In this document: positions 18,056 to 26,723 of the stretch, piece by piece
How the letters are laid out: every line of letters begins with the position of its first letter
Numbering within the stretch: position 1 is the first letter of the stretch
DNA from: Candidatus Sulfomarinibacteraceae bacterium
GTDB taxonomy: Bacteria; Acidobacteriota; Thermoanaerobaculia; Thermoanaerobaculales; Sulfomarinibacteraceae
Direction of reading: 5' to 3'
Length of the DNA stretch: 64,000 bases
NCBI GenBank assembly: GCA_963796455.1
Contig: CAWCLO010000001.1
Location: 480,001 to 544,000, forward strand
The notes under the pieces: model-generated
The model's database searches: none
What the model saw: the letters and a program-made list of their open reading frames with translations, nothing else
Told to the model about the DNA's origin: nothing
Translations under genes and position numbers: made by a program

Positions 18056-19558
18056 ATGGAATGGATCGTCAGTCTCATACCGGATTCCGCCCCTGACCCG
18101 ATCGCGGCACTGACCGATCCACCCGACGGGGCCGGTATTGCAGAGATCCGGATGGATCTCTTTCCCGACCTGGATCTCCAGACCGCCGTCGGCGCCTCTC
18201 GACTTCCCGTTTTGTTCACCCTCCGCTCGACGACCGAGGGGGGCCGCGGCCCCGACGATCGGGAAACACGTGCGCGGAGGATCCAGGAGGCCTGGGAGGC
18301 CGGTGCGGCACTGCTCGACCTCGAGTTCGATCGCGACCTCGAGTTGATTCGCGAATTCGGCATTCCTTCAGAGCAGGTCGTGCTTTCGTGGCACGATCAT
18401 GGCGGCACACCGGCTGATCTGATGGCGATCACCGACAGGATGTTGGCCGCCCCGGCGCGCTGGATCAAGGTTGTCCCGACAGCCCGGAGTGTTGCAGACC
18501 TGGTCGCGGTGCTGGCTCTCCACCGCCGCTTCAACGGCGGTCAACGGGCGCGGCGGCGGCTGGTGAGCTTTGCAATGGGAAACTCCGGAATCGCCAGCAG
18601 GTACCTGAGCCCCTTACTCGGTCCTCCCCTCGGATACGCCGCGTGGTCGGGCGATGCGCCCGCAGCCCCGGGTCAGATTTCGATTGCGGCGATGGAGGCT
18701 GTCATATCCCACCTCGACGGTCCGCCGCAACGGCTCTATGGGGTCATCGGTGAAAATGTTTCGCAGAGCCTCAGCCCCGTCCTCCACGCCGCTGCATACC
18801 GCAAACTGGGTCTTCCAAATCTGCTGTTGCCGATAACCGTCACAAATCCCGACGAGTTGGCGGATCTCTTCACTCCCCGCGGCTCCACCGTATTCGAAGC
18901 ATGCGGGCTCGACCCTTGGGGGTGGGCAGTGACCACGCCCTACAAATCGCACGCGGCTGCCGCAGCCGACCGCCACGCACCCAGGGTTCTGCGAGCGGCC
19001 GCCGCCAACACACTGATCCTCGGACCGGAACATGTCACCGCCGAAAACACCGATGCCGACGGCGTCGCGGGTTCTTTGATCACGATGGGCGTTGACCCCA
19101 GAGGCCGCATCGCCGTCGTCCAGGGCACTGGAGGAGCGGCACGAGGTGCTGCCGTTGGTCTCGATCTCGCAGGGGCCGACGTGATCCTTCGCGGCCGCTC
19201 GGCCAAAACCACAGCGGCGATCGCCGAGGAAATCGGTGTCGGCCACTGTGCTTCGAACGAGGCACCGGAGGGTGCGTCGATTCTCGTCAACGCCACCCCG
19301 CTGGGCGGTGATGCAACCGATGCGGTCCCTTTCAGCGACCACGAAATCTCAGTCGCGAAGGCCATCGTGGATATGGTTTACACAGATCACGCGACGGAAC
19401 TGGTAGCCAAGGCACACGAGCACGGCGTAGCGGTCGCCGATGGCAGAGAGGTTTTGCTCCACCAGGGCATCGCCCAGTTCGCGGCCTTCAACCAGACCGT
19501 CCCACCAAAGGACGCTATGAGAGCAGCGCTCGAGCGCCGTTCGAACTCGAAGTTCTGA
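18056..19558 (+). CDS. aroE: Bifunctional type I 3-dehydroquinate dehydratase / shikimate dehydrogenase (AroD-AroE fusion)
   Basis: EIRMD, TLRSTTEGG, SWHD and APGQ (AroD); SLSPVLH, VTTPYK, AANT, NTDADG, GTGGAA and NATPLG (AroE). Confidence 0.9.
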   Translation: MEWIVSLIPDSAPDPIAALTDPPDGAGIAEIRMDLFPDLDLQTAVGASRLPVLFTLRSTTEGGRGPDDRETRARRIQEAWEAGAALLDLEFDRDLELIREFGIPSEQVVLSWHDHGGTPADLMAITDRMLAAPARWIKVVPTARSVADLVAVLALHRRFNGGQRARRRLVSFAMGNSGIASRYLSPLLGPPLGYAAWSGDAPAAPGQISIAAMEAVISHLDGPPQRLYGVIGENVSQSLSPVLHAAAYRKLGLPNLLLPITVTNPDELADLFTPRGSTVFEACGLDPWGWAVTTPYKSHAAAAADRHAPRVLRAAAANTLILGPEHVTAENTDADGVAGSLITMGVDPRGRIAVVQGTGGAARGAAVGLDLAGADVILRGRSAKTTAAIAEEIGVGHCASNEAPEGASILVNATPLGGDATDAVPFSDHEISVAKAIVDMVYTDHATELVAKAHEHGVAVADGREVLLHQGIAQFAAFNQTVPPKDAMRAALERRSNSKF

Positions 19559-19585
19559 GTTCGGAATTCGGAATTCGGAGTTCGA
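19551..19585. repeat. Heptamer array (ARTTCGG)n overlapping the aroE stop codon
   Basis: AGTTCTG AGTTCGG AATTCGG AATTCGG AGTTCGA. Confidence 0.85.
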
Positions 19586-19643
19586 CTCCTCCATCCGGCA
19601 GCCAGGGCGGTCAACCCGGCAACAACTCAATCGACGAACAAAA

Positions 19644-19893
19644 TCTGTTGAACGACCCGGAGTTGCCCCGCCGTCCCTGCACCTGATCGCTGGCTCTGAA
19701 CACTGATTGCTGCCCCCTGTCGCTGTTTGCTGTCTTCTGTTCGCTGTCGCTGACGCTGACGCTGGACACTGTCGCTGCCGCTGCAATTCGGGTACGGACG
19801 CGGGACAACCGCATACCCGATAAACCAGAAGCCAACCCGTAAGGTGTCGTTCAGTGGGCAACCTCACATCATGATTCGTTTTGTACGGTAGTG
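19644..19893. mobile_element. TIR element copy 3 (half copy, degenerate core end)
   Basis: TCTGTTGAACGACCCGGAG, GCTG-rich arm, GCTGCAATTCGG, CCAACCCGTAA and a degenerate TIR TTGTACGGTAGTG. Confidence 0.75.
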
Positions 19894-19932
19894 TTTCCAG
19901 ACCCCGAAGTCAGAAATTGTACGACCGCGGCC

Positions 19933-20901
19933 TCAGCGCATCCCTACGGCCCTGCGCACCTCATCCATCAGCGGTCCGGCCGTCTCGCGAGCCTTTTCAG
20001 CCCCGGCAGAAAGAATCCGTTCAACCTCGGCCGGGTCACCCACAAGCTCTTCGTAGCGGGCGCGGGCCTCGCCGAAGGTCTGAAGGTAGTAATCGAAGAG
20101 GCGCTTCTTCATGTCGCCGTAACCAACGCCGCCCTCGCGAAAGGCCTTTTCAATCCATGCCTTCTCAGTCGCGTCCGGCGCAAAAAGCTTGAGCAGGTCG
20201 TAAAGGGGGTTGTCCTCGGTCGGCTTTGGTTCCTCCACCGGGGTCGAATCCGTGACGATCGACATGATCTTCTTTCGGATCGGTTTTTCGGGCCCGAAGA
20301 TATCGATCGTATTGTCGTAGGATTTACTCATCTTGCGACCGTCCAGCCCGGGGACCACCGCCACATCGGCGAGGATCAATGGATCCGGAAGAACAAAGAC
20401 TTCTTCGCCATAGGTCGCATGGAAGGAGGCTGCCACATCGCGGGTCACCTCGAGGTGTTGCTTCTGGTCTTTGCCGACCGGCACCAAGCCGCTCTTGACG
20501 ATGAGAATATCTGCCGCCATCAGTACCGGATAGGCAAAAAGACCGTGGTTCGGGACAACACCCTGCGCAACCTTGTCCTTGAAGGAATGACAACGCTGCA
20601 ACAGCCCCATCGAAGTTACCGACGACAGATACCACGAGAGCTCCGTCACCTCTGGCAAATCGGACTGGCGATAGATGACGCTTCGAGACGGATCGAGACC
20701 GAGGGCAAGAAAACCGGTCGCCAGATCGCCGACCAGACCGCGCAGGCGATCGGCGTCCTGCACCGTGGTCAGTGCGTGGAGGTCCGCCAGAAAATAGTAG
20801 CAGTCATGCTCCTCCTGCAACCGGAGGAACTGCCGGATGGCACCGAAGTAATTTCCGATGTGGAGGTTGCCCGAGGGTTGAACACCCGAAAGAACACGCA
20901 T
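19933..20901 (-). CDS. trpS: Tryptophan--tRNA ligase
   Basis: SGVQPSGNLHIGN, YPVLMAADIL, VPVGKDQKQHLE and KMSKS. Confidence 0.97.
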   Translation of the reverse strand: MRVLSGVQPSGNLHIGNYFGAIRQFLRLQEEHDCYYFLADLHALTTVQDADRLRGLVGDLATGFLALGLDPSRSVIYRQSDLPEVTELSWYLSSVTSMGLLQRCHSFKDKVAQGVVPNHGLFAYPVLMAADILIVKSGLVPVGKDQKQHLEVTRDVAASFHATYGEEVFVLPDPLILADVAVVPGLDGRKMSKSYDNTIDIFGPEKPIRKKIMSIVTDSTPVEEPKPTEDNPLYDLLKLFAPDATEKAWIEKAFREGGVGYGDMKKRLFDYYLQTFGEARARYEELVGDPAEVERILSAGAEKARETAGPLMDEVRRAVGMR

Positions 20902-20993
20902 GGAAACTCCTTTTGACTCTCGCGGCCCGGAGACCCGGCCGCTGGAGGACCGGAGGGGCCGAGCGGATCATAACAAAGGTGCGGGGGGCCGAC

Positions 20994-21023
20994 AAAAAAA
21001 CCGGCCGGTGCGCCACCGGCCGG
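20994..21023 (-). terminator. Rho-independent terminator after the ferredoxin gene
   Basis: 10-bp perfect stem CCGGCCGGTG/CACCGGCCGG with an A7 run on the + strand. Confidence 0.8.
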
Positions 21024-21047
21024 CGTGTTCTCTTGTGAATTCAGCGA

Positions 21048-21281
21048 CTACTCTCCGTCGTCACCAATCGCCTCGACCGGGCACGACTCCATGGACTCTT
21101 CCATTTGCTCGTTCTCTTCGTCATTCCCCGGCTGCTTGGACACGTACGAGTAGCCTTCGTCCTCATTCGCCTCGAAATTATTCGGGGCGGTGGTTCGGCA
21201 GACGTCGCAGTCGATACAGCTTGAATCCACGTACCACTTTCCGGGTACGTTGTCTTCCAGTTTGTCAGTAGGGTCGGCCAT
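21048..21281 (-). CDS. Single-cluster ferredoxin
   Basis: CIDCDVC...CPVEAI; AAGGAG RBS. Confidence 0.92.
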   Translation of the reverse strand: MADPTDKLEDNVPGKWYVDSSCIDCDVCRTTAPNNFEANEDEGYSYVSKQPGNDEENEQMEESMESCPVEAIGDDGE

Positions 21282-21370
21282 CTCGCACTCCTTTCCAGCG
21301 GGCTGTTCCCGCGCATCGGCGGGATAATACCACCCGCACCTCGGTTGTCAATTCTCTTTTTGATTCGGCT

Positions 21371-22480
21371 TCATCTGGGCGCAATCTCAAACGGTCGTCG
21401 ATTGACGCGGCGGAAGGGCTCCGATGAGCTTCCATCCGCCTTGGCTTCAGACGACGGCCACTGGCATTCAACATTATAGGGGTAGGCAAAGGCCGGCAGG
21501 ATCGCGGTGGGATCCTGGGTCCTGTTGTCGATATAGTTCCCGTAGACCGTCATTCCGACCACCGGGTCGGTGCCCGAAGACGTCCAGGCGATGATCGAGA
21601 CATCGACTCGGATGTCCTTGGGGGCCGAAGCGAAACCAAACAAATTCAGGAGGAAGCTGTCGAACTGGGTGTGGGACGCCGGAGGCATCGAGAACACGTA
21701 GATCAAAGGGTCGCCGTTGAGGTCGAGAAACGCTGATCCGTCACCCTGAAACGCTTGGATCGTCACCGTGATCGCGGTCAGCGGATCGGACGCGTTCATG
21801 ACACCGAGGTTGTAGCGAAAGTCTTCGTTCTCCGTGCCACCGGTCATGACCAGGAAACTGAAGTCGGTTTCTTCAGTCACGGCCGACGAGTCGGCCAGGT
21901 TATACCAGGGTAAACCGGGCAGGGTCTGGCCAAAGGTCCCCACGACCGGCAGGAACTCCCCTTCGTTGGCGGGATCCTCCTGGTAGTAGCTGAAGGGGGT
22001 GTAGTCGCGCGAATTGACGATCGCGTTTTTGTAGACACGCGTCCCGTCGTCTTCCAGGCTGCCGGCCTCATAGGCGAAGATAACCAGACCGCCGAAATTG
22101 GTGCCGTTCTCCGTTCCCCAGTAGAGTCCGATCGGATCTTCAATCACCACGGTACCGCCGGGAGGAATGTCGCGGAGCGATTCGTTGATGAAGCCGAAGC
22201 CATCGGCCTCGCGCCCACCGAGCCACAGCGATCGATCGATGAACGCATTGCTGTTCGAGATCAACCCCGACTGGATGTACACAACGGCAATATCGATGGA
22301 AGCTTCGGTTTCGACGTTGGTGATGTAAAGATCTGATCGCCACTCGGTCCCGTTCGCCCCACTGGTGTGAGCGATTGCGGGCAGATAAATCAAGTCGGCG
22401 GCCTGAAACTGAGCATCCGCCGGCATCGCGGCGAAGAACATAGACATGACAAGAGCTGTCATCAGCCCCTTACGGATCAT
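21371..22480 (-). CDS. Secreted hypothetical beta-rich protein
   Basis: Signal peptide (ADA); YLPAIAHTSGANGTEWRSDL.ITN, FRYNLGVMN and IDNRTQDP motifs; GGAGG RBS. Confidence 0.7.
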   Translation of the reverse strand: MIRKGLMTALVMSMFFAAMPADAQFQAADLIYLPAIAHTSGANGTEWRSDLYITNVETEASIDIAVVYIQSGLISNSNAFIDRSLWLGGREADGFGFINESLRDIPPGGTVVIEDPIGLYWGTENGTNFGGLVIFAYEAGSLEDDGTRVYKNAIVNSRDYTPFSYYQEDPANEGEFLPVVGTFGQTLPGLPWYNLADSSAVTEETDFSFLVMTGGTENEDFRYNLGVMNASDPLTAITVTIQAFQGDGSAFLDLNGDPLIYVFSMPPASHTQFDSFLLNLFGFASAPKDIRVDVSIIAWTSSGTDPVVGMTVYGNYIDNRTQDPTAILPAFAYPYNVECQWPSSEAKADGSSSEPFRRVNRRPFEIAPR

Positions 22481-22524
22481 TCAAACCTCCCGGGGTGCTC
22501 GGTGAGATACTTCTTCTCAACCGA

Positions 22525-23904
22525 TCACTCGCCTATCTTGACAGTTTCATCGGAGATCGGCAAGACGACCCGCGCTTCGAATCCGTGCGGATCGAGATTC
22601 GCAAGCTCGATGTGGCCTCCCTGCGCATGCACGAACCGCTCGGCGATCGCCAACCCGAGGCCGCTTCCACCCCTCCGGCGGGTATAAAACGCCTTCCGGA
22701 CGCGCTCCATTTCCTGTTGCGGTATCCCGTCGCCCCGATCCCGAACCACCATGGTCGCGAAGGACGCATCAGCCTCGGCAAAAAGCTCGACCACGCGGCG
22801 ATCGGCGGGTAGAGCCCGTACTGCCTGCACCGCGTTGAGCACGAGATTGAGGAGGACCTGCCGGAGTTGGCCCCCATCAGAACGAACCTTGACGGTGGAA
22901 AGCCCCGGCTTGACCCGAAGGTGCACTCCGAGCGCCTTGGCCTCATTGGTGAGAAAGCCTCCGACGTCCTCGAGAATCGTGTCGACCCTGATGGCTTCGA
23001 ATTCAGGCTCGGTGGGCCGCGCATAGGTCAGAAAATCGCTCACCAAACTGGCCAGACGTCCGACTTCGGCACGGGTGCTGGCGAGCGATTCGCGGGCATT
23101 GGCTCCCTCGGACGCAAGATCTTCATCCAGAAGTTCGAGATTGAGGTTGATCGAATTGAGAGGATTCCGGATCTCGTGGGCCAAATTGGCTGCCAGTGCG
23201 CCGAGGGCGGCCAGTTCTTCGGCCTCGAAGCGCTGCGCCTCGAGGCGGCGAGTCCTCTGAATCAGCATCCAGACAAGAGCAAAGGCGAGAACCAGAGTGG
23301 CCACCGTGAGCACGGCGATTCGAATCGTCTGCGACAAAAGATCCCCGCGGAGTACCGAGACCCGCTCGGCGACCTCTGCAGGATCAACATTGAGGATCAC
23401 ATTGCCGACTTCACCAAGAGGCACGGCAATCCGATAAGGATTTTCGGTTTCGATCACCTTTTCATCGGACAGCATTCCTTGAAGATCGAGATCCTCGGCC
23501 AGTGCATCGGGGATCTCTTCAGTACTCTGACTCTTTGATGAGAACACAACTCTGCCATCGGCATCAGTGACTTCGATGGACTTCCAGATTCTGCGTTCGG
23601 GGTCGCCCTCGAGGGTGCGTGTCAGGACCTCGCGTCGAGTTTCCACCACATCGAGTTCCTTGACTTCCATTCCCCCGAGTTCGGCGGCGATGCGGCGAGC
23701 TTCCTCACGCCCTCCGGCGAGCACATCTTCGAGGTACCTTTTGGACAGCGACCCGGAAATCAGGTGCCCAAATAGCAGAATGATACCGAGCACGAGCAAC
23801 AGAAAGACCGCAGCCGCGACTGCATACTGCAGACTGAGTGTGCTCCGTGTGCCGTTGATGCGCTCCATATCGGCCATTCTGACCTTATCCTCGCCCGGGC
23901 GCAC
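22525..23904 (-). CDS. Membrane sensor histidine kinase (NtrB/AtoS-like)
   Basis: Two TM segments; H-box LAHEIRNPL, N-box NLVLNA, DRGDG and GSGLGL; GTG start after AAGGAGG. Confidence 0.92.
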   Translation of the reverse strand: MRPGEDKVRMADMERINGTRSTLSLQYAVAAAVFLLLVLGIILLFGHLISGSLSKRYLEDVLAGGREEARRIAAELGGMEVKELDVVETRREVLTRTLEGDPERRIWKSIEVTDADGRVVFSSKSQSTEEIPDALAEDLDLQGMLSDEKVIETENPYRIAVPLGEVGNVILNVDPAEVAERVSVLRGDLLSQTIRIAVLTVATLVLAFALVWMLIQRTRRLEAQRFEAEELAALGALAANLAHEIRNPLNSINLNLELLDEDLASEGANARESLASTRAEVGRLASLVSDFLTYARPTEPEFEAIRVDTILEDVGGFLTNEAKALGVHLRVKPGLSTVKVRSDGGQLRQVLLNLVLNAVQAVRALPADRRVVELFAEADASFATMVVRDRGDGIPQQEMERVRKAFYTRRRGGSGLGLAIAERFVHAQGGHIELANLDPHGFEARVVLPISDETVKIGE

Positions 23905-23988
23905 GGACTCCTCCTTGCGGGACCATCCGCTGAACACAGTGTTTTAAGGGCCCCAAGGCCGCCATGCCCCGTTTCATGCCTCGGCCGA

Positions 23989-24005
23989 CGCAAGGGTCAT
24001 GCCAG
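23989..24005 (-). promoter_or_regulatory. Sigma-54 (-24/-12) promoter
   Basis: CTGGCATGACCCTTGCG on the minus strand with GG-N10-GC spacing, about 85 bp upstream of the kinase start. Confidence 0.6.
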
Positions 24006-24042
24006 TGCCCTGCAGCACAATCCAGGGCGGATCCAGGAGCAC

Positions 24043-25194
24043 CTACAGGCCGCAGGCGGTTCGCAGATCCCCGGTCCGGTGGGTCCGCTCCCATGTGAAC
24101 TCCGGCTCATCACGACCGAAGTGTCCAAAAGCAGCTGTCTTTTTGAAAATCGGGCGCAACAAGTCGAGATCCTCGATGATGCCAAGCGGCGACAGCGGGA
24201 AGACCTCACGAACCGCCGCGGTGATTCGATCATCCGGCACCTCACCGGTACCAAAACTGTCGACCATGACCGAAACCGGATCAACCACACCGATCGCATA
24301 TGCCAGCTGAACTTCGACCCGGCTCGCGAGACCGGAAGCGACGACATTCTTGGCCACGTGCCGCGCCATGTATGAGGCGGAGCGATCGACCTTTGTCGGG
24401 TCCTTTCCGGAAAACGCGCCGCCACCGTGCGATCCGACACCACCATAGGTATCAACAATGATCTTCCGGCCCGTGAGGCCGCAGTCCCCCTGCGGTCCAC
24501 CAATGACAAAACGGCCTGTCGGGTTGATGTGAATTTTGGTTTGCTCATCGAGCATCGATGCGGGAATTGTTTCCTCGATCACGCGGGTTCGAATATCGTC
24601 ACGGATCTCGTCGATCGTCACGTCTTCAGAATGCTGGCAAGACACCACGATGGCTTCGATCCGTCGCGGCGAATCTCCGTCATATTCGATCGAGACCTGC
24701 GATTTGCCGTCCGGGCGAAGCCAGTCGATCGCGCCGCTCCGACGAGAACTGCTCAGTTTTCGGGTGAGTTGGTGCGCCATGATCAGCGGCATCGGCATGA
24801 GTTCGGGGGTCTCGTTGGTCGCAAAACCGAACATCAGACCCTGGTCCCCTGCACCGCCCGGATTGACACCCTGCGCAATATCGGGAGACTGCGGATCGAT
24901 CGACGAAATCACCGCGCAGGTTTCGTAGTCAAAACCGAATTTCGCGCGGGTGTAACCGATCTCCCGAATCGTCTCGCGCACGATGGCGGGAAAATCGACA
25001 TAGGTCTTGGTGGTGATCTCGCCGGCGATGAAGGCGAGACCGGTGGTCACGAGGGTCTCGCACGCCACCCGTCCGTTGACGTCCTCAGCCAGCACGGCGT
25101 CGAGGATCGCGTCCGAGATCTGGTCGGCGATCTTGTCAGGGTGGCCCTCGGTCACCGATTCCGATGTGAAGACATGTCGTCCGATGGGTGCCAT
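24043..25194 (-). CDS. metK: S-adenosylmethionine synthetase
   Basis: [19 protein letters not shown] and GGGAFSGKD. Confidence 0.98.
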   Translation of the reverse strand: MAPIGRHVFTSESVTEGHPDKIADQISDAILDAVLAEDVNGRVACETLVTTGLAFIAGEITTKTYVDFPAIVRETIREIGYTRAKFGFDYETCAVISSIDPQSPDIAQGVNPGGAGDQGLMFGFATNETPELMPMPLIMAHQLTRKLSSSRRSGAIDWLRPDGKSQVSIEYDGDSPRRIEAIVVSCQHSEDVTIDEIRDDIRTRVIEETIPASMLDEQTKIHINPTGRFVIGGPQGDCGLTGRKIIVDTYGGVGSHGGGAFSGKDPTKVDRSASYMARHVAKNVVASGLASRVEVQLAYAIGVVDPVSVMVDSFGTGEVPDDRITAAVREVFPLSPLGIIEDLDLLRPIFKKTAAFGHFGRDEPEFTWERTHRTGDLRTACGL

Positions 25195-25307
25195 CTCTCC
25201 TCCTTGAGCAGCGCGGTGCGTTCACGACCAGGCGGTCCGATGACGAGAACGCGCACACTGAAGAACCCCAAAGGTATCACCGGCATTTCCGGATGGTCAA
25301 TGTTCAG

Positions 25308-25366
25308 GATGCTGGATGCTAGATGCTCGATGCTGGATCTCTGATTCAGAATTCAGGTTGCAAAAT
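25308..25366. repeat. Heptamer array (GATGCTN)n, left flank of element copy 4; continues as (CATCCTG)n at 25740-25770
   Basis: GATGCTG GATGCTA GATGCTC GATGCTG...; the right-hand array is its reverse complement. Confidence 0.85.
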
Positions 25367-25739
25367 CACTCGAGTCCAAAAGAGTGCCATCGGACAGCGT
25401 TCAGGGACAGGGTCAGCGAACGGGAGTCAGCGTCAGCGTTCAGTCATCATCGGCCATCGTCGGCGACAGGGTCAGTCTGACTGGCATCGAGATCCGAAAT
25501 CACGACCTCCGGTTGAGCTAACGCCACGCCGTCACGGCACCAGATCGCTGCGGCTGAACACTGGACACTGTTGCCTGTCGCTGACGCTGGATCCTGACGC
25601 TGGACCCTGTCGCTGCCGCTGCAATTCGGGATCGGGATCGAGAACGTGCCAACCGCCAACCGAATATGCCAGAAACCAACCCGTAAACCACGTGTTGTCA
25701 GGTGAGTAACTTCATGACAATCTGCTTTGGACAGCAGTG
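25367..25739. mobile_element. TIR element copy 4 (internal deletion, ORF-less)
   Basis: AT-CACTCGAGTCCAA...TTGGACAGCAGTG-AT, intact core, and an ORF-tail remnant GAAATCACGACCTCCGGTTGAGCTAACGCCA. Confidence 0.85.
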
Positions 25740-25809
25740 ATCCAGCATCCTGCATCCTGCATCCTGTATCGTAAATCTCCGGTCTGGGTCGGAAATCGAG
25801 GGGAGTTTC

Positions 25810-26475
25810 ATGGCAAAAAGGTGGAATGAGAAGACCATCCGAGAGATGGTCTCGCGGCTCGAGGTATTTCGCCGCACCTGCCGGGTAACGACTCTGGCCG
25901 AAGAACAACGTGAACGGTCCCCTTACCGCCTCCTTGCCGCGTGCGTGATCTCTCTGCGGACCAAAGACGAAGTCACGGCAGAGGCCAGCAGGAGGCTGTT
26001 TGCCATTGCCCCGACGCCGGCCGCGTTGTCCGCCCTCGAAGAGGAAGCTATCGCCACCGCCATTTACCCAGCCGGGTTTTACAACACCAAGGCCGGTCAA
26101 CTCAAAAAGATCGGCCGCATCATTTCCGAGCAGCACGGTGGCGAAGTTCCGGCCAGCGAAGAGGATCTGTTGAGGATGCCCGGGGTCGGTCGCAAAACAG
26201 CGAATCTCGTGCTCGGTCTCGGTTTCGAAATCCCCGCAATCTGCGTTGACACGCACGTCCACCGCATCTCGAATCGACTCGGTATGATTGCCACCAAAAC
26301 GCCCGAAAAGAGTGAGCAGGCGCTCAACCGGATGCTGCCGCGCGATCTCTGGATTCCCATCAACGATCTGTTGGTGACCTTCGGGCAGAATTGTTGCCAC
26401 CCGACCTCACCTCATTGCAGCACATGCCCTCTCGAGGACCTCTGCCCCCGCATCAGCGTCACACGCTCCCGCTGA
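25810..26475 (+). CDS. nth: Endonuclease III
   Basis: HhH motif MPGVGRKTANLV, VDTHVHR and C-X6-C-X2-C-X5-C cluster. Confidence 0.93.
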   Translation: MAKRWNEKTIREMVSRLEVFRRTCRVTTLAEEQRERSPYRLLAACVISLRTKDEVTAEASRRLFAIAPTPAALSALEEEAIATAIYPAGFYNTKAGQLKKIGRIISEQHGGEVPASEEDLLRMPGVGRKTANLVLGLGFEIPAICVDTHVHRISNRLGMIATKTPEKSEQALNRMLPRDLWIPINDLLVTFGQNCCHPTSPHCSTCPLEDLCPRISVTRSR

Positions 26476-26712
26476 AGTTTCGAGTTTTGATGCTTGAGTT
26501 ACGTCTTCTTTTCTCTGCACCCGATAGCAAGTGCGTGAGTCGTAGAATTGATAGCTCAGCGCCATGAATAAACCTGATCGTCAATGGAATTGTGAGTCGC
26601 GGCATCCACAGGACGGGGCCTGTCCCGCCCTTTCCCGAGTCCTCAATTGTCGTTTGGGATTCGCGAGTTCTGCACGAGCCTCATCTCAAAACTCATAACT
26701 CAAAACTCAAAC
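26476..26712. repeat. Inverted heptamer arrays (GAGTTTT-like / CTCAAAA x4) between convergent genes
   Basis: CTCAAAA CTCATAA CTCAAAA CTCAAAC at 26685-26712; degenerate complement at 26476-26500. Confidence 0.65.
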
Positions 26713-26723
26713 CTGATCGATGG

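Noticed and set aside
18056..19558. AroD-AroE fusion as a novelty
   Set aside because: Such fusions are already known in several bacterial phyla and in plants.
20902..21047. T-box leader for trpS
   Set aside because: The gap is too short and has no T-box consensus; the hairpin is explained as the ferredoxin terminator.
25195..25300. SAM riboswitch upstream of metK
   Set aside because: No recognisable SAM-I or SAM-II core; the leader is short and abuts a heptamer array.
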